Shown here in pieces: positions 14,640 to 26,220 of a stretch of 63,928 nt of DNA. The position numbers and the translations under genes were made by a program. Location of the stretch: assembly GCF_001194135.2 (NCBI RefSeq), contig NC_068983.1:44324430-44388357 (forward strand), written 5' to 3'. Under the pieces are notes generated by a model, which worked only from the letters and a program-made list of their open reading frames with translations, was not told the origin of the DNA and searched no databases. Source of the DNA: Octopus bimaculoides (taxonomy: Eukaryota). The first letter of the stretch is position 1. Every line of letters begins with the position of its first letter.

Positions 14640-14860
14640 CATGTGGAGTGTGTGTGGGTGGTGTGAGTGGTGTGGTGTATGGGTGGTGTGTGAGTGGTGT
14701 GGTGAGTGGAGTGTGAGTGGTGTGGTGAGTACCCGGAGTGTGAGTGGTGTGATGAGTGGGTGGAGTGTGAGTGGTGTGGTGAGTGGTGTGTTGTGTGGGG
14801 GTAGCATGTGGCATGCGTGGCGTGTGTATGTGTGATGAGGAGCATGGTGTGTGTGTGTGT
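14640..14860 (+). repeat. G/T-rich degenerate minisatellite (GAGTGTGAGTGGTGTGGT-like) inside a family B SINE
   Basis: Occupies the position where other copies carry (TG)n. Confidence 0.8.
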
Positions 14861-16691
14861 ATGCATGCATGCATCCCACCACTGCTTGACAACTGGTGTT
14901 AGTGTATTTATGTCCCCATAACTTAGCATTCTAGCAAAACAGACTGATAGAGTGCCACTCTACACAGTCATACTGGGGCACCATCTTGTTCTTGTAGTCG
15001 AATAAAATACCTATGTTTTTCAACGCCCGGTACTTTTTCTATCAGTATCTTTTGCCGAACGGCTAAGTAACAGAGATGCACACACACACCAACATTGGTT
15101 GTCAAGCAGTGGTAAGGGACAAACATACACACACGCACATATACAGCAGGCTTCTTTCAGTTTCCATCAATCAAATCCACTCACAACACTGACATTTGCC
15201 CAAGGTGGCATGCAGTGGGACTGAACCCAGAACCATGTGATTGGGAAAGAAACTTCTTACCACACAGCCATGCCTATGTCTGCTGTTGCGTCCACCATTC
15301 TGATTAGGTGGCCACTATTATTTTCAAATTCCATATCCACTGTGCATTTTATCTTAGTAGGTTTCATGTTATTTAAGCATGTAAACAGAAGGTTAGCTAA
15401 GCTGGAGGGTGATATCAATTTTGGTGTAGATAAACATCTTAGATTTGTTAAATGTTTGAGCATGGTGAGGTAAATCCAGAGTTATATAAGCTGTAGATAA
15501 AGCACACGACTGAGGATATTCACAGAAATGGGGGGGGGGGAAGGTGCGGAAGGATAAAGAGTTTAATCATGTTGATACAAGGGGAAAATCAAGAGAGAAT
15601 TTATTATATTACTGCTTTACACCCGTTTATTTTTATACTGCCATCAGTGAGAGGAGTTTTATATATCCTTTTATTTTTTTTGCTCATTGACTGCGGCCAT
15701 GCTGGAGCACCACCTTTTAGTTGAAGAAATCGACCCCTGGACTTTTTCTTTGTAAGCCCGGTACTTATTCTATCGGTCTCTTTTGCTGAACCTCTAAGTT
15801 ACGGGACAAACACACAAAGCTCGGTTGTTAAGCAATGGTGGAGGGACAAACAGACAAATTCAGTTTCCATCTAACAAATCCACCCACAAGGCTTTGGTCA
15901 GCCCAAGGTTATAGAAGACACTCACCCAAGGTGCCACGCAGTGGGACTGAACGTGGGACTATGTCAAATGCAATGTTTGTTTATTCACATTGTTTTGAAT
16001 TTATCCGCCGACGTGATTGTTTATTTTTACAATGGCATTGTAGGATTACTGAGAGAGGTCAGATTTGGCTGGATTGAACATGAAACAGGTAGAATACCTT
16101 AGCCTAATATGGATGGTTTAAATGCTAAAGGGTTAAAGAGCCAACAGAAATGTCATGAAACATTTGGACTTCTCAATTTTACAGGTTTAACCTCTATAAT
16201 AAACCATTATCTAATTCATGACTAACGGATTTTTATGCTGAAAACTACTTGGTATTCAGTAGAGAAACGTAGTAGTAGTATAGTAGTAGTAGTGTTTTCT
16301 TTCATGGCATGCAAAAAGAAGAGAATGAAAAGTCCTTCACCAAATTTAGATCAAATGTAAAAAGAATCCACTTGAGTTGAAACAGTTTGGATAATGGAAG
16401 TAGTTGTCAATTTGTCTTCTTAATCCTGATATATTTTTAACACTGTAATATTAGGTTCTAAAACTTAGAGAGCAATTAAAATGGTATGCCAAAATTACAT
16501 AATTTCTGCTTGTTTGAGTGTGTACATTATAAAAATGATGCATGTATATATATATAAAACAAAGTAAAGTTGTAAGATACCGCACGAGTGGAAATATATA
16601 TGAAAGAAGGTTTGAAAATGCAATTTTAAAGATGTTTATTCACTTCACCGGTTTCATTTTTTTAGAAAAGGATTGTCAAAAGTACAATGTA

Positions 16692-16776
16692 AAGCTTTGT
16701 ATAAGCTTTGTTGTGTTAAGTACTAATACTTTTTGTGACAACCAATGCTTAACACAACAAAGCTTATACAAAGCTT
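16692..16776. repeat. Perfect 29-bp inverted repeat with a 27-nt loop
   Basis: AAGCTTTGTATAAGCTTTGTTGTGTTAAG (16692-16720) is the exact reverse complement of 16748-16776; the right arm abuts an N gap. Confidence 0.9.
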
Positions 16777-16876
16777 NNNNNNNNNNNNNNNNNNNNNNNN
16801 NNNNNNNNNNNNNNNNNNNNNNNNNNNNNNNNNNNNNNNNNNNNNNNNNNNNNNNNNNNNNNNNNNNNNNNNNNNN

Positions 16877-16907
<31 letters not shown>

Positions 16908-18532
16908 TATATATACATACATACATACATACATACATACACGGGTGTGTATGATTGTGTCTAGAATATATTACTCAAAGAAATTCCAACTTTGATTTTC
17001 ACATTTTATTTACAAGTAAAAAGCACCCACTACACTCTGAGTGGTTGGCGTTAGGAAGGGCATCCAGCTGTAGAAACTCTGCCAAATCAGACTGGAGTCT
17101 GGTGCAGCCTCCTGGCTTGCCAGTCCCCAGTCAACCGTCCAACCCATGTCTGCATGGAAAGTGTAGGTTACATGATGATGATGAAATGGTAGAATATTAA
17201 ATATCCATTCTGATTGAACTAGCACTTTCATGCATTAAACTATGCAATCTTGAGGGTCGTATAGCTAGCTGGAAATGATGTTTCCAGCTGGCTAAACAAC
17301 AGTAACATTCATCCCATTCAGGATTGCCACATTATGTTGGCACAAAGTTTTTACTTTAAAGTATTGTTACTGAATATCTCTCTTTGAGAGATTTAGAAAT
17401 AATGTTTCTATTTATATATATATATATATATATATAATACACACGCACACACACATACACACACATTTAGATAGAGCATAAAAAATACAGAATACCAAGA
17501 AAAGAATACACATATATATAATGTGTGTGTGTCTACTTCCTAACAGTTTTAGTCAACCTGGGCCTATAGAAGATAATTGCCCAAGATGCTGTGCAATGGA
17601 AATTTCTTAACCACAAACTACAGCTGTTGAACTTGGCTGTATGAACTTGAAACAAAAGCTGCCACTTCTAAATAGATTTTTGGATTTGATACACAATCTG
17701 GAATACTTAAAATAGTACAGTGGTTTTGTTTGGTCTGATCAATTCATGCACCACTTGTACCAGCACAAGGTTTCTCAATGACAACACTCCACACACAAAC
17801 ACACACCAAAAGCTATTTCAACACATGTAAAACTTAAAACACACAATCAAATGAAATCTAAAACAAGATTTTTTCAAGTATTAACTGTTAAATATTTATA
17901 TCTGGGTCCAAACACTTGTCCAGTTCAGCAATGTTAACACACGAGTATATACACGTGAGCGCTAGCACGCACGTGTGTGTGTGTGTGTGTGTGATCATCA
18001 TCATCGTTTAACATCCACTTTCCATGCTGACATGGGTTGGATGGTTTGACTGGCAAACTGGGAGGCTACATCAGGCTCGAATCTGATCTGGCAAGGTTTC
18101 TACAGCTGGATGCCCTTCCTAAAGCCAACCACTCCAAGAGTGTAGTGGGTCCTTTTGACATGCCAGCGGCACAGGGGCCATGGCACTGACCACACTCGAA
18201 TGGTGCTTTTTATATGCCACCAGCATGGGAGCCAGTCCAACAGCACTGGCATCAACTATGCTTAAATGGTGTGTGTATGTGTATATATAATGTGAAAATA
18301 ATATGGGTAGAAAATTTAGAAAAATTTTCATACCGGTGGCTATCTTGCATAATAAAGTCAGACAGATAACATATTTTCATATATAATAGTGTACAAACAA
18401 TTTACGTATTTATACACGAAAGAGGTAACATTTGACAGGACACCTTACACGCTAGAAAGGGCAGTCAAAACCCAAACTATGAATAAAAGTAATTTCAAAG
18501 AGAATGAAAATATATATATATATATATATATA

Positions 18533-18683
18533 TAAATAATACAAAATGGGACAAGAACGCAAAACATCCAGAGTTAGGTGATACAAGAAAGGGACAAAAC
18601 ATACAGATGGACAATACAAAGAAAACACGGACATGTCATTCGGAGTTTTCTCTCTTCAGTCGAGATCCAGATTATCCTTGCAA
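18533..18683 (-). mobile_element. Possible Penelope-like element 3' remnant
   Basis: Hammerhead-like motif CTGAAGA-GAG AAAA CTC-C-GAAT-GACATGTC followed by a T/pyrimidine-rich tail and (TA)n. Assignment rests on this motif only. Confidence 0.35.
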
Positions 18684-19984
18684 TATATATATATATGGTT
18701 AGGGATCACAGTGAGATGACTCAGTGCATTTAAACCCTTTGTCTTCAACAAGAAATTTCCTATGACAAAATTGAGTGATTAGCTTTCTTATAGGTTTGAA
18801 TATGCCTCAAGCATATTTGAACTGGTAACAAGTTTGTTTCTCTACACATCGCTGCTTAGTGGTCACCTTATGTTTGTGTGTTAGTGGAAAAGAACATGTT
18901 GACAGAGAGAGGGGGGGAGGGAGTAGTTCACCCAGCGATGAACTTCAGAAAGTACAATGTTAATCCTTTAGTTCCATAGTCTTGGCAGTTTAGGAAATTA
19001 TCTTAGATGTTAAAATATAATTAAATTTTAAAAAAAAATTAAAACTCTAAAATATAGGCATAGGAGTGGCTGTGTGGTAAGTAGCTTGCTTACTAACCAC
19101 ATGGTTCCGGGTTCAGTCCCACTGGGTGACACCTTGGGCAACTGTCTTCTACTATAGCCTTGGGTCGACCAAAGCTTTGTGAGTGGATTTGGTAGATGGA
19201 AACTGAAAGAAGCCCGTCGTATATGTGTGTGTGTGTGTGTGTGTGTNNNNNNNNNNNNNNNNNNNNNNNNNNNNNNNNNNNNNNNNNNNNNNNNNNNNNN
19301 NNNNNNNNNNNNNNNNNNNNNNNNNNNNNNNNNNNNNNNNNNNNNNNNNNNNNNNNNNNNNNNNNNNNNNNNNNNNNNNNNNNNNNNNNNNNNNNNNNNN
19401 NNNNNNNNNNNNNNNNNNNNNNNNNNNNNNNNNNNNNNNNNNNNNNNNNNNNNNNNNNNNNNNNNNNNNNNNNNNNNNNNNNNNNNNNNNNNNNNGGAAG
19501 TGGGGAGAGGGGCAATACTACAAATTATATTTAAGATTCTACATAGAGTTAAAGATGATATAAAAAGTGTCATGCATGTGAATAGTAACACTGTATCAAT
19601 CCCCGGAAGAAGGATGAAAAGCAAAAAAGAAAAAAAACAGAAGATCAACCTCAAAGAGATTCAGCCTTTGAAAGCTGAGACATTAAATACTTTATATAAC
19701 AATGAGCAAATAAAACTCAAACTGGACGGTGACAGGTTTTTGAACAACACAGGTATATCAAATACCATACAACAAATTCTTGATTCATTAAAATTTGTCT
19801 ATTTCTAGACGATCTATCATAATTACTAAACAGGAACTGTGATCAGCCCCACCTGTAAAGGGGCAAATGTTGTAAAAGACAGAGTTATTGTTTGGAGATA
19901 ATGTGTGTTTGCCTCAGTAGCCATCATCAGCATGACAACTACTTGACCTTGTCTTCAGTAGGCAAGGGACATAGATGTACACAA

Positions 19985-20285
19985 AAAAAGAGAAGTTATT
20001 TATGGTTGGGTAATTTGCACAGGTAAAAAGATGGAAGTTCGTCTGATATGGTCATCTATCCATCCACAAGTCTGGTACAGAAAACATTCTACATGGCACA
20101 TTTGAGTGAGGGCAAAAGAGAGGCAGAGAAAATCCTGGTTTGACAACATCAAGGAGTGGACCGGTCACAACACTGCAAACCTGCTACACACAACAAAGAA
20201 TTGAGACCAGTGGTGACAGATGATGACAAAGGTGTCTAGTAGCACCTTGAGGACCAGCTGCATTAATAAAGGGATCTTGGCGATG
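19985..20285 (+). mobile_element. RTE/RTE-X-like LINE 3' fragment
   Basis: ...YGHLSIHK...ILHGTFE*GQKRGR..KSWFDNIKEWTG..., the TILQGTVEG.R.RGR..K.W.DNIKEW motif. Confidence 0.65.
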
Positions 20286-22382
20286 ATGAAGAAAAGCACA
20301 TGAGCAAGGGATGTAACTCGAATTGGCCAGAGGCATGTGAATTCGAAGCAAGCAATTGCCTTCTAAGTGTGGAAAATTTAAGGTATACTACGTTCTATCA
20401 CAAACAAACATGAAATAATATAGGCAGAAATAAAAGAAATAAGTCGGTTGCTTTGAAAGGATTAAAGAAATATTTTAAATAGGAATTAATGAGCAGTTGA
20501 TTTCTAACTAATCTATTATGGATTAGCATAGAAACGGATGTAAAGCAGAGCTTTAATATATATAGCTGTCTGCATGTATGAATCAGGTCAATAGGTTTTC
20601 AAACTCATGGCTGATTATTTATAATAATAATAATTAAGAGTGTTATAATGGTTTCTGAAGAAATATTGATTTTGAATTTTGGCACAAGGTCAGCAGTTTT
20701 GTGGGGAGGGAGATAGCCTACATCAACCCTTGTGCTCTGATATTTTATCAACCCTGAAAGGATGAAAGACAAAGTTGACCCCAGTGGCATCTGAATTAAA
20801 GTGTCTTGCTGAAGTACACAATACGTCACTGGTTATTGAACTAAATCACAATCAAAAATGGAAACAGTAGTTGTGGCCGATGCCAGTGCCACCTGACAGG
20901 CTCCTCTTGACAGTGGCATGCAATAAGCACCATTCATGCATGGGTTGTTGCCAGTGCCACCTGACTGGCTCCCCATACCAGTGGCATGTAAAAAGCAACA
21001 TCTGAATGTGGTCGATGCCAGCCACCCCGCCCTGACTGGCTCCTGTGCCGGTAACATGTAAAAAGCACCATCCAAACGTGGCCGATACTACTGCCGCATG
21101 ACTGGCTCCCATGCTGGTGGCATGTAAAAAGCACCCACTACACTCTCAGGGTGATTGGCATTAGGAAGGGCATCCAGGTGTAGAAACCCTGCCAGATCAG
21201 ATTGCCCTTGCTTACCCACCAACCTCAGTTTTTAGACACAAGTGGTCCAGAGACCAAGGCCTCTACCACGATTTTTAAGAAACGTAGTGGAAAGCTAGCT
21301 CAGGAAGGCAGGGACACTACTCTCTGAGACCTGTTTTGGAGCCACCACCCCCCCCACTACCTAGATGTTAAAAATCTGAACTTCACAAGGTACATTCATT
21401 TCATCAGCTAAACAAGGCCCGCAAATGAGCAGAACTCCTTACTCTCATCATTCAACATTCACTTGCAAGTATTACAATGTATAAAGCTGTGCATATTTGT
21501 ATTCATTTCGCTACAGTGTAGGAGAGGAGTCACAAAGTGTACACAAATGAATGTATCTTTTATCATTCATTTGTTTCAGTCATTTGACTGTGGCCATTCT
21601 GGGGCACTACCTTGAAAAATTTGAGTTGAATGATTCATCTCCAGTACTTTTTTTGTTTTTAAGCTTGGCACTTAATGTTCTTTTTTTGCCAAGCTGCTAA
21701 GTTACAGGGACACGAACACACCAACACCAGTTGTTGAGAGGTGGTGGTGGTGGTGCAAACACAGACACAAAGACACACACACACACAATGGGCTTTCAGT
21801 TTCTGCCAGCCAAATCCACTCCCAAGGTTTTGGTCAGTCTGAGATTATAGTAGAAGACACTTGGGACTGAACCTGGAACTATGAGGTTAGGAAGCAAACT
21901 TCTAATCACATGGCCACTCCTGTGGTTATTGATAAAAAATGTCAGGAATGATAATTTATTGAATCAAAGCTTGAACCAACGACATCCAGTTGACTTATAG
22001 ATAAGGACCTGATTGTCAAGGATTAGAATACACAAGACAACCTTACACATTACCTAATTCACAGTGGCATTTCTGTTCATATGTTTGGCTTTTGTTATTG
22101 TTTTAAATAATGTTAACAACAACAGAAAGCAAGGTAAACTGCTGACGTGAACTACAGGCTCAGGTGGTAATGATGAAATACTAAGTTGCTATTCAAACAA
22201 GGTATATAGAAGATTAATGATATACATGTGCAGTCATTGTCATTTAATATTTGGAGGTGCATAATAGTGTTAATCATATGTCATATGAAAGGAAATAATT
22301 TGGTTGTATGATTAATGAGTTAGAAGATATTTGTAATTTTAAAAAAATGGTACAACTTTTGAGATAGGAGTAATCAACTTAA

Positions 22383-22740
22383 CCCTTTTTAGCATTCAGA
22401 TTATTCTGTTAAATGCAGAGCTGTGGAGTCAAAACAAAAAACTTCGACTATGGCTCCTCTGGCTCCTCTTTATGTAATTTAAGTGATCGTGGTCTACATA
22501 TCTCAAAGCATATGCATGCGCTTGAACTTTGAGTAGGCCTATATGTTCTAACTGGTGTATATTAAAGAATAAAGGTATTGTGAGTCACAGTTGGTATAGC
22601 TTTACTGACTGACTCCAGTTACCCCTTAACTGTTTCCGACTCCGACTCGACAGCCCTGGTTAAATGTAAAGCGTATTGATTCACATTGCTTTGAATTAAC
22701 CTTGAATTATCTTGTAGCTTCAAGTGTTTGATGATGCAGT
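22383..22740 (+). mobile_element. Left part of a piggyBac-like MITE hosting the hAT MITE
   Basis: TTAA|CCCTTTTTAGCATT start; sequence on both sides of the hAT insertion joins up and matches 32972-33120. Confidence 0.6.
22416..22658. mobile_element. hAT-type MITE with perfect 8-bp TSD
   Basis: TIRs CAGAGCTGTGGAGTC / CAGGGCTGTCGAGTC (13/15); TSD GTTAAATG at 22408-22415 and 22659-22666. Confidence 0.85.
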
Positions 22741-23063
22741 AGTTTATTTTAAAAATGACATGTTCCACTCTCATACAACTCCTATATACCTTTCCTTTCA
22801 TCTTCAATGCACATACATAAACAGGCTTCTTTTTAAGTTTCCAGCTAAATGATCCATCCATTAGGCTTTGAACAGTCCAGGGATATAGAAGACACCTCAA
22901 CAAGGTACTATGCAAGGGAACTGAACCCAAGACCACATGGGTAGAAAGTTTTATATCCTTGGCAAACATTGGATATATAATTTAACGATGCAGAGGTAAT
23001 TTCAATGTGTTCACATGATGTACTTTGTGAGACTCCAAAACACCCTCTCAATGACACCTACCA

Positions 23064-24022
23064 ACCTCTTTCCCAACCAAATGCTACTCTTTATAAGAGT
23101 TTGGCCAGTCCATTCTTCCAATCCCCCAGGGGTGTCAATGACTCACCACAACATCTCCCCCTTTGAGATTGACTTTTGTTGGAAGTTAATATTTTTATCT
23201 TTATTTCAACACCTCTCCCTTTTTGAGATTTTCCTCCTAGAGAAGTTTAATATTTCTTCTGTGTAGGCACTACTTCCAACTGTTCTGTTTGTTTCCTTTT
23301 TCTTATGGTGTTGGAACATCAAAGGTGTCATAGAACACTTCCATGGGTATCTCTTTTTTTCAATACATTCTTTCCAGAATTTTTTGTTTGACCATTTTTT
23401 TTTTTTGCTATACAACGTGAGCTTTTTATGTCCGATTTTTTCACACTCAAAACAATTACGATTTTTTAAAAGGACAATTACTTCGCAAATGTAAATCTCC
23501 ACACCCACAGCATGGATTTTGTCTTCACATTTGTTTTTCCTTTTTCTTATCTGTTTCAGGTTGACACACATATATCTGTGTGCAATCTTTTTCTTCAATT
23601 TCATCTTCGTTTCCACAACTTGTTACCAGATATTGTAACATGATTGTTACCTGACTTATGCAATACTCTTTGTTGCACACAGCACTTGTTTTTCATTGTT
23701 CTAAGCGCTCTTGTTTATTGCTCGAACGGACTTTAGTGCAATTTTCTAACCCCAAAAAGACATCTCTACCTGGTTAACATTGCACAGCTGCATCCAATAT
23801 ATTGTGAACACGGTAATCGAACCCCTACCACATTCTAACAACGGGACCAACACAGTAATTCAAACAACTACCATTATAGCAACTTACAGGTTCACTGCAA
23901 GTTCAACGTAGAACTAACACACCAACAGCTTCTGCTGACCTCTTTCTCAACCAATATGCTACTCTGTTCGGCCAGTCCATTCTTCCAATACCCCAGGGGT
24001 GTCAATGACTCACGCCACAACA
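23064..24022 (-). mobile_element. Internally deleted LTR retrotransposon (TRIM-like, probably Gypsy-derived)
   Basis: 5' LTR 24022-23634 (TGT...ACA, internal AATAAA); PBS-like ATATC-TGGTAACAAG directly after it; internal frame with degenerate Gag zinc knuckle NCFECEKIGHKK; polypurine tract AAAGGGGGAGA (23164-23154); the first ~90 bp of a 3' LTR (23153-23064) align to the 5' LTR start. Confidence 0.75.
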
Positions 24023-24240
24023 GAAAGCAAGCATCCTAACAGCAGCCATACATGTGCCTGAATAAATAAATTTGTTTTACAATTGTTTTTTTCATGCCAG
24101 GATTGGTTTTGATGTGAAGACAGAGGCAGATTTTAGTGGCTGGATTTGATGCCATCCATTACCTACTTTTCAGGTGTGGGATTGTATATTTTTTTAAATT
24201 CCACTGATCTCGAAAAGCACAAAATTAAAGGACATTGTTC

Positions 24241-24596
24241 GCAGGAGTGGCTGTGTGTTAAGTAGCTTGCTTACCAACCACATGGTTCCAGGTTCAGTCC
24301 CACTGCGTGGCACCTTGGGCAAGTGTTTTCTACTATAGCCTCGGGCCGACCAAAGCCTTGTGAGTGGATTTGGTAGACGGAAACTGAAAGAAACTTGTCG
24401 TATATATGTATATATATATGTGTATATGTTTGTGTGTCTGTGTTTGTCCCCTCAACATCGCTTGACAACCGAGTGGTGTGTTTATATCCCCGTAACTTAG
24501 TGGTTCGGCAAAAGAGACCGATAGAATAAGTACTAGGCTTCCAAAGAATAAGTCCTGGGGTCGATTTGCTTGACTAAAGGTGGTGCTCCAGCATGG
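24241..24596 (+). mobile_element. SINE family B copy (runs into a gap)
   Basis: Collinear with 27271-27678. Confidence 0.85.
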
Positions 24597-25356
24597 NNNN
24601 NNNNNNNNNNNNNNNNNNNNNNNNNNNNNNNNNNNNNNNNNNNNNNNNNNNNNNNNNNNNNNNNNNNNNNNNNNNNNNNNNNNNNNNNNNNNNNNNNNNN
24701 NNNNNNNNNNNNNNNNNNNNNNNNNNNNNNNAACCATTTTGTTCAGATGATGTCATGCAAAGACACAAAAAAGAAAAACACACACGCACACACACACACA
24801 CAATGGGCTTCTGTCAACCCAATGCATTATTAGATGACCCTTGTCTAAAGTGCTACAAAGTGGAACAGAACCCAAAGTCACGTGGTTGTCAAATTTTGGG
24901 ATGCGCTATGGGTTTTATAGACAGAAGTTAACCCTTGTGAGACACCGGCAGCACATGACCGGAACTGAGGGGAGGATATAAATTGCAGTCTCCTGAAACG
25001 CGTGGGGAAGAGTCACTAACATGAGGTTTGCTGTGGTGCATCAAAATTTGGACATTAATACGCAATGTTCATTCTGGCATCCCTGCATCTACAGACAATA
25101 TTAGCTGGATAGCAGTCTAGTTGGTCATTACTCCGACATAAATCCACTCCTACCAGCTAAGAAGACATTCCAGTGGTTACAAAGTGAACTCCATATTTTA
25201 GTGCTTAACAAAACTTAATTGACCAAACTTGAAAAGGTGAAAGAAAATCTTGTCACAAGTATGACTTGAACTCTTAACATTAAAATGAATACAGCTAAAG
25301 AGTACAAAAACAGAATGAGGTTAGCTGCATAAAAGGTGATTCAGCTGTTTTCACCA

Positions 25357-25738
25357 TCTTTTACTTGTTTCAGTCATTAGATTGCGACCAAGCTGGGGCA
25401 CTGCTTTGAAGAAATTTTAGTCAAATGTATCAACCCCACTTATTTCCATTTTTTTTTTTTAAAGCCTGGTCCTTATTCTATTGGTCTCTTTGGCCAAACC
25501 ATTAAGTTACAGGGACATAAGCTCACCAGCACTAGCTGTCAAGTGGTGGTAGTGGTGGTGGTAACACAGACACACATATTGGGCTTCTTTCAGTTTCCAT
25601 CCACAAAATCCACTCACAAGGCTTTGGTCAGCCCAAGGCTATAGAAGACGACGCTTGCCCAAGGTGTCACACAATGTGATTGAACCTGAAACTATGTGGT
25701 TAGGAAGTAAACTTCCTACCACATGGCCACTCCTGCAC
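25357..25738 (-). mobile_element. SINE family B copy flanked by ~150-bp direct repeats
   Basis: Collinear with 27271-27678; see findings. Confidence 0.8.
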
Positions 25739-26166
25739 CTTAACAAGACAATTTACCAACCTTGAAAAAGTGAAAGAAAAGGTTTTGTCACCAGCAAGAT
25801 CCGAACTCAAAACATTAAACAAAATAAACTACTGCAAAAAGAGAATGAGGTTAGCTGCATAAAAGGTGATTCAGCTATTTTCACCAAAGGGGTTTTGTAT
25901 AATAAATAAAACTAACAGAAACAAGCTAAGAGACTTGAACAGTACAACAATATGCTAAGTCACTACACACACACACACACACACANNNNNNNNNNNNNNN
26001 NNNNNNNNNNNNNNNNNNNNNNNNNNNNNNNNNNNNNNNNNNNNNNNNNNNNNNNNNNNNNNNNNNNNNNNNNNNNNNNNNNNNNNNNNNNNNNNNNNNN
26101 NNNNNNNNNNNNNNNNNNNNNNNNNNNNNNNNNNNNNNNNNNNNNNNNNNNNACACTCTCACTCAC

Positions 26167-26220
26167 TGTATCCAATATCAGTAAATAATGAGTATACGTT
26201 TCATTTTTAAACCTACTTCT
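26167..26220 (-). CDS. Candidate 54-nt phase 0-0 cassette exon (RSRFKNETYTHYLLILDT)
   Basis: Acceptor catgttttgtttttcag| and donor |gtgagt are both strong. Only frame 0 is open, matching the phase-0 end of the MPRIP exon. No homology support. Confidence 0.25.

Noticed and set aside
19497-19808. About 104-codon stop-free frame (...RVKDDIKSVMHV...LKFVYF)
   Set aside because: No recognisable motif, splice context or start; ORFs of this length are expected by chance in six frames of 64 kb.
20870-21140. Regularly spaced repeats superficially like a CRISPR array
   Set aside because: Eukaryotic context, no unique spacers, no cas genes; these are subrepeats of the RTE 3' UTR.
23760-23820. Resemblance to a GIY-YIG motif (YLV..C..C..QYI.ETG) on the plus strand, suggesting Penelope
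   Set aside because: Needs several indels. The LTR/PBS/PPT architecture on the minus strand explains the region better.
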